A DNA stretch of 64,000 bases from NCBI GenBank assembly GCA_963832325.1, contig CAWHTR010000002.1:7113-71112 (forward strand), read 5' to 3'. The stretch is from an uncultured Verrucomicrobiae bacterium (GTDB lineage Bacteria > Verrucomicrobiota > Verrucomicrobiia > Chthoniobacterales > JAATET01). Both the position numbers and the translations under genes were made by a program. Position 1 is the first letter of the stretch, and each line of letters starts with the position of its first letter. The notes beneath the pieces were generated by a model that was given only the letters and a program-made list of their open reading frames with translations, did no database searches and was not told the DNA's origin. This document shows positions 59,474 through 64,000 of the stretch, one piece after another.

Positions 59474-59795
59474 CTAGCTTCCGTCGAACCCAAGTCAATC
59501 TCACACGCATTACACGAATGAGGCTTAAATGCTCGACCACCCTGCGGGAATTCGTCCGTCGAAGGCAAGGATTTAATCAAACTATGGAATCTGGCTCTTC
59601 TTTGGCCGGCTATAATTGATTTCCCAGCACAACGCACATGGTAACAAATCCTATTCCAACACATGGCAGAAGCCAGTCCAAAGGAGCCATGACACGCAAT
59701 CGCATCTCCCGCGTCAAATGCGGGGCTACTTGGCAGACATTCCATGGTCATTCGAAAGCAAACGGCCGGACTATCAATCCCCAATTCTATCCTAT

Positions 59796-60809
59796 TCACT
59801 TATTCAGGACCCCTCTAACACAAGGATACTTTCGTGCTCGCGCTAAAAACCGAAAACTCAGGATGATGAACTCCGGCAAGAACAGCATCATTATAACCAC
59901 GCAACTCACTCCCTTCCGCTTCGACAGCCAAATTCGCAATCGCCCTCTGTCGTGTTTTGAAGAATATATTACCAAATACAGAGTGATTCGAAGTGATGGC
60001 GAATACCGAACGAATTCTCTTACCAACAGACACTCCATTTGAGCGATCACCTCAACGGGAAGCTGACAAAGCTTAACAATTAACGAGTATCCATCTACAT
60101 CGATCAAATTTCTTCCGAAAGCACTTTGCCCAGAAAACGAATCGTTTCCCATTCGGGCCGATACAATCGGAGGCAGGCCGCACGCAATACAAGGCCGCGC
60201 CCTGAATAGAACATAAGAATGACTATATGCTGTTGAATAAATTTCTTCAGGAATCAAATCAATCGATATTTCGGATCGTCGGAAAACCAAGGAGCTGAGA
60301 AAAGCGAACGCACCTCCTAGGCATAAACATTCACTTAACCATTTCGACATTTCCGTGTCGCAACTTAGATCCCACTCATGATCACGTATCGTCTCACGAA
60401 ACCACTTTCTCTCGACAACTCGACCACCGGAATACCCTTCAAACCGGTCAAAAACCCAAACGTCGGATTTAGTGTGCTCACTGATCGCCAATTCAATAGA
60501 TCTCAATGCGTTTGACTGCACTATATCATCACTACCCATCAACCAACAATATTCTCCGCTCGCTGCAGCGATAGCCGAAATAAAATTCCGAGCGGGCTCA
60601 ATTGGCTCTTCTTGACGAACAAGTTTGAATGTCACACTTTCAGTTGAACGCGGGCTCTCTAGCGGTGGCGCACTAGCATTATCAGAAATAATTACCTCGA
60701 TCGAAGTCCAGCTTCCAAGTGCATACTTTGCCGAGACTAAAATAGATTCTATTAATTCATTGAGCTCATCTCGGCGCTCGAAAGCTGGGATACAAATCGA
60801 GAGTTTCAT
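59796..60809 (-). CDS. Glycosyltransferase family 2
   Basis: ATG 60809 (MKLSICIPAFERRDEL...) and IEVIISDNAS. ATGA overlap with the wzx stop. Confidence 0.85.
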   Translation of the reverse strand: MKLSICIPAFERRDELNELIESILVSAKYALGSWTSIEVIISDNASAPPLESPRSTESVTFKLVRQEEPIEPARNFISAIAAASGEYCWLMGSDDIVQSNALRSIELAISEHTKSDVWVFDRFEGYSGGRVVERKWFRETIRDHEWDLSCDTEMSKWLSECLCLGGAFAFLSSLVFRRSEISIDLIPEEIYSTAYSHSYVLFRARPCIACGLPPIVSARMGNDSFSGQSAFGRNLIDVDGYSLIVKLCQLPVEVIAQMECLLVREFVRYSPSLRITLYLVIYSSKHDRGRLRIWLSKRKGVSCVVIMMLFLPEFIILSFRFLARARKYPCVRGVLNK

Positions 60810-62119
60810 TTTACATCCCTCGGCATTATCCGGGATACCGCCAATGGCAAACTCCAAACAGTAGTTACGCTAAAACTAACAATTAATCCCGCGTATCCCC
60901 CAGGTGTAGACCACTGCAACGCACAGAAATATATGATGGGAATCGTAATGAACCCCTGAATTAAGCAGACAAGAAGCATAACTTTTGGGCGATCAGCAGC
61001 CAAAAGGACCGTCGCCCAAGTGTCTGTCCACAATCGTAAAGCGTAATACATCCCAGCCAAACTTAAAGTCGCCCAACCGAGACTGGAGAGCACATCAGAA
61101 GAGATTAGACGAGCAATTTCGCGATCAAATGCTATGGCGCACACCGTGCATCCAATAATAATCACATTTGGCACCAAACTGTACTGCAGCGCTAATCGCT
61201 TTATACTCCTCCAATCCTTTTTCGCAAAAAACACTGCAAACCGTGAATGCGCCGTTGCTAATAAGGACTGGGGACCAAGGAATATCAACGAGAATAACTT
61301 CTGGACAGCAATATAAATAGATAGTTGTTCAGCACTCAAAACTCGACTTAAGATAAAAACATCTATTTTTAAGACTAAAGTAGATGCGACATTGAAGCAT
61401 GTAAAGTCTCGATGACTTTCCCAAGGCGGCATTTCAATCTGCGTTCCATTTTCCCTACCCCGACCTCCTCTCACAATTCGATGGAGGACGATTGCTACTA
61501 GCGTTAAGTTTATTGGCAGAAGAGTGGCGTAAATATAGTCTTGCAACCGACTGCTACCCAAAATTCCTAAAGTGAACACCCAGACCAATGTCACTACACT
61601 CGCACCGGCAGGAACGAGGTTTGCGAAAACTCCATTGCCTTCAGCAAACATGAGCCTCTGCGCCGGGATACCTACCGCACCTACAAGCATGATCACCACT
61701 GCCGTCACTAGAGCCGCTGGCTGATCACGAAGTGCGGAAGCCGCATTTCCTTCAATTATAAAATTTACCCAAGTTGACCGTGAAGCCGACGATACGATAG
61801 CGGCTATTGCAATAGCGTATATGGGGCGAATTAGGATTTTCGCCACTGTCCGCCCTCCTGGTAAGCCGAACGCTCGGCACTTCGAAAGGTAGTTCTGCGA
61901 TACAAACCCTGTGCCAATTTCGAGTAGTCCGATCCAACCGCCGATCATTTGAATGATCCCTATTGCAGCTACGCCTTCGGCACCAATGGCGGCAAAGAGT
62001 TCACGGAATGTGAGCAAGCCGGACCCAGCAGAAGCAATTCGGGCGAACCATCCAACCCCAGCAATCGTAACGTCAGCTCTAATGGCTCCGCGGCTCATTA
62101 CATCCAGAAGGCGACTCAT
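60806..62119 (-). CDS. wzx: Wzx-type oligosaccharide flippase (MOP superfamily)
   Basis: 437 aa with ~12 TM helices. Position and size are typical. Its start directly abuts the stop of the upstream epimerase. Confidence 0.75.
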   Translation of the reverse strand: MSRLLDVMSRGAIRADVTIAGVGWFARIASAGSGLLTFRELFAAIGAEGVAAIGIIQMIGGWIGLLEIGTGFVSQNYLSKCRAFGLPGGRTVAKILIRPIYAIAIAAIVSSASRSTWVNFIIEGNAASALRDQPAALVTAVVIMLVGAVGIPAQRLMFAEGNGVFANLVPAGASVVTLVWVFTLGILGSSRLQDYIYATLLPINLTLVAIVLHRIVRGGRGRENGTQIEMPPWESHRDFTCFNVASTLVLKIDVFILSRVLSAEQLSIYIAVQKLFSLIFLGPQSLLATAHSRFAVFFAKKDWRSIKRLALQYSLVPNVIIIGCTVCAIAFDREIARLISSDVLSSLGWATLSLAGMYYALRLWTDTWATVLLAADRPKVMLLVCLIQGFITIPIIYFCALQWSTPGGYAGLIVSFSVTTVWSLPLAVSRIMPRDVK

Positions 62120-62950
62120 CTAATCTACTAAAGGAACATATCTCATTACCTCGTGCTTCCGGTATGCGATTGTACCGATGAGAAGTTCGCCTTTTGCGCC
62201 CCAGGATTTCCACCACTTACGGGCGAAGTCCACGAGGGGGGAAGGTTTCCCGCTTCCAAGATTCCGAATCACGGGGGTCTCAAGAACGAATGAGCTTCTT
62301 GCCACTTCTAGGAAAGTTTCCGCCACGTCTGATACATAAATAAAGTCTCGAACTTGGGCCCCTTCAGTCATGTTAAAGTCGTGACCAGACATTGCCGCGG
62401 CCCGAAGAGATGGCCAAAACCTTTTCTCATTTTCGCCTTCACCGAAAACGTGAAAGGGGCGGAGAATCTTGAGAGAAAGCTCTCTTTCATAAGCCAGCGC
62501 CAAGGCTGCCATTGATGCAGCGGCCTTCGATGCATGATAGCCACCTGTCGGCTCAAGTGGTGCATCTGTCGGGATGAACTCGTATCGCTCACCACTCTTG
62601 CCATACTCGAAACAGGAGCCGCAGATCACAAAATTTCTAATACCTGCATCTGCCGCTTGAATCCACAGACGCAGGCTTTGCGAAACGTTTACTTCAAAGC
62701 ACTCATCCCAGGATGCTTTGAGATCAACTCCGGTTGCCGCTAAATGGACGAGGACATCGCAATCGGAAAAGTCCAAGGCCGAAACCTGTCCCATGGTTTT
62801 ATTGATCCACTCCGGTTCTTTTATTAGTGGAATTCGTGGCCGTGAATTAGACGAGCGACGGAGCGCAACCACGTGATGCCCCGCTGAAAGCGCTGCATTC
62901 AAAAAGTGCGAACCGATGAACCCGGTCCCTCCGGTGACGAAAAGTTTCAT
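62120..62950 (-). CDS. NAD-dependent epimerase/dehydratase (SDR)
   Basis: ATG 62950 (MKLFVTGGTGFIGSHF) and a YxxxK region (YHASKAA). The track ORF extension to 63025 reads through repeat sequence. Confidence 0.85.
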   Translation of the reverse strand: MKLFVTGGTGFIGSHFLNAALSAGHHVVALRRSSNSRPRIPLIKEPEWINKTMGQVSALDFSDCDVLVHLAATGVDLKASWDECFEVNVSQSLRLWIQAADAGIRNFVICGSCFEYGKSGERYEFIPTDAPLEPTGGYHASKAAASMAALALAYERELSLKILRPFHVFGEGENEKRFWPSLRAAAMSGHDFNMTEGAQVRDFIYVSDVAETFLEVARSSFVLETPVIRNLGSGKPSPLVDFARKWWKSWGAKGELLIGTIAYRKHEVMRYVPLVD

Positions 62951-62975
62951 TTTGGATTCACGAGCAGGTTCTCGC

Positions 62976-63129
62976 GCCGAGACGCGGAGGGAGGAACGTA
63001 TAGTGAAGGATGAAATCTGAAACACTAAGCGGGAAAGAAGCGGCGACAGCAGAAGTAAGTTTCACCCAGCGTCTTTGCGCCTCCGCGCGAGCCTCACCCT
63101 CTCCCCGCGCCTCTGCGTCTCAGCGCGAG
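62976..63129. repeat. Repeat block K between the epimerase and the rfbH-like gene
   Basis: Reverse-core-like GCCGAGACGCGGAGGG (62976-92) and forward cores at 63071-91 and 63103-29 (..GCGCCTCTGCGTCTCAGCGCGAG). Confidence 0.75.
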
Positions 63130-63131
63130 AA

Positions 63132-64000
63132 TCAGAAACTCTTCACAAAACTCTTAATTATCTCAATTTCATACTCCAGCATCGCGGGGGTGAGCCCCGG
63201 ATACGTGCCAAGGAAGATCGCGGAATTCATGATCTCATCCGCGCCAGGGAAAAGCTCGGCGAGCTTTTCCGTTGTGAGTTCTTGGTTGCTGGTTGCCGAA
63301 AGGCCATGCAGCCGGAAAGCGTCAGGGCGGTCTTTACGGAGTTGAACGAACGCGGGTTGCCGAAGCAAGTTGCCGCCGAAGAGCATGCGGTTCCCGATCT
63401 TTTTCTCGTCGAGGTGCCTCCCGAGATCTGTGTGGGAGAATGGCGCAGTTGGCCGGACGCGGATCATAAAGCCGAACCAGCTGGGATCGACGTGGCAATG
63501 GGAAGAGTCCCATTGGAAGGTTGATGGTTGATGGTTGATGGTTGATGGTTGTTCCGAAGGCTCCAGATGCCCTGAACGATCAACGCTCCGCCAGGCGCTG
63601 GCGTGCGTCGGAAGGTTGAACTCGAAGACATCGTTCAGATCCGCGAGGCCGCGGCGGAGGATTTCCCAGTTCTGCTTGCGCGCTTCGATGAAGGCGGGGA
63701 GCTTTTTGAGTTGCTGCCGACCGATGGCCGCCTGGGGATCGAGGGGCTTCAAGTTATAGCCGAGGTGGCTGTAGGTGTATTTGTGGTCGTAGCCGGGTGG
63801 CAGCTCGCCGAGGTTCCAGCCGAAGCGCTTCCCGCAGGTATTATCCACGCCGCTGGGGCACCAGCAATCCCGGCCCCAGTCGCGGAAGCTCTCGGCGTAG
63901 GTCTTGAGCCCCGGTCGGCGGATGATGCTCACCGCGCCGCCCTCGCCCATCGTAAGGTGATGGGGCGGGTAGAATGATTGGGTGCTGAGGTCTCCCCACG
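63132..64000 (-). CDS. rfbH: RfbH/DdhC-like PLP-dependent sugar dehydratase/aminotransferase (DegT family), C-terminal part; runs off the right edge
   Basis: The frame stays open to base 64000: ...GDLSTQSFYPPHHLTMGEGGAV...ESFRDWGRDCWCPSGVDNTCGKRFG...YDHKYTYSHLGYNLKPLD...DPSWFGF...GNRMLFGGNLLRQPAF. Confidence 0.88.
   Translation of the reverse strand, partial: WGDLSTQSFYPPHHLTMGEGGAVSIIRRPGLKTYAESFRDWGRDCWCPSGVDNTCGKRFGWNLGELPPGYDHKYTYSHLGYNLKPLDPQAAIGRQQLKKLPAFIEARKQNWEILRRGLADLNDVFEFNLPTHASAWRSVDRSGHLEPSEQPSTINHQPSTFQWDSSHCHVDPSWFGFMIRVRPTAPFSHTDLGRHLDEKKIGNRMLFGGNLLRQPAFVQLRKDRPDAFRLHGLSATSNQELTTEKLAELFPGADEIMNSAIFLGTYPGLTPAMLEYEIEIIKSFVKSF
63519..63553. repeat. Heptanucleotide tandem repeat (GGTTGAT)x4 plus one imperfect unit, inside the rfbH-like CDS
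   Basis: Four perfect GGTTGAT units at 63519-63546, then GGTTGTT. Encodes ...QPSTINHQPST... on the minus strand. Confidence 0.9.

Noticed and set aside
59452-59799. 115-aa Cys/His-rich ORF between the Wzy-like gene and the GT2 gene (ATGA overlap with the GT2 stop), and the 70-aa ORF 56488..56700
   Set aside because: No recognisable family and an odd composition. They may be real small ORFs or fragments in this decaying operon, but the evidence is too weak to call.

Overview
High-GC bacterial chromosome segment, roughly 60-65% GC by eye. Gene content and repeat style fit a Verrucomicrobiota/Opitutales-like organism best (inference only). 1-29.2 kb is ordinary core genome: alaS (partial, missing from the ORF track), an ABC exporter pair, two DEAD-box helicases, rppH, purF-purM, RNase E/G, mrdA-mreD-mreC-mreB, leuB, trpF and an Anbu-type proteasome homologue. 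29.5-64 kb is a heavily remodelled accessory polysaccharide (EPS/O-antigen-type) region. It holds a priming phosphoglycosyltransferase, an orphan SPPY DNA methyltransferase, a clan GH-A-like glycosidase bracketed by two unrelated IS elements (both with clear terminal IRs), and an OM beta-barrel. Next comes a ~10 kb array of seven two-gene toxin-antitoxin-type cassettes: 4x VapBC, HicBA with a frameshifted hicA, a minimal nucleotidyltransferase pair, and UPF0175/DUF3368. An epimerase and a VanZ gene sit in the same array. Every unit is separated by co-oriented mosaic hairpin repeats built on a CTCTGCGCCTCTGCGCGAG core. The window ends with a visibly AT-richer single-strand glycan operon (GTs, FkbM methyltransferases, Wzy, Wzx, epimerase, RfbH-like) carrying four apparent frameshifts. 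Pieces of the same repeat family also appear to sit in-frame inside coding sequences. No rRNA, tRNA or CRISPR array was recognised. The many long R/P/G-rich ORFs opposite real genes are treated as high-GC shadow ORFs.
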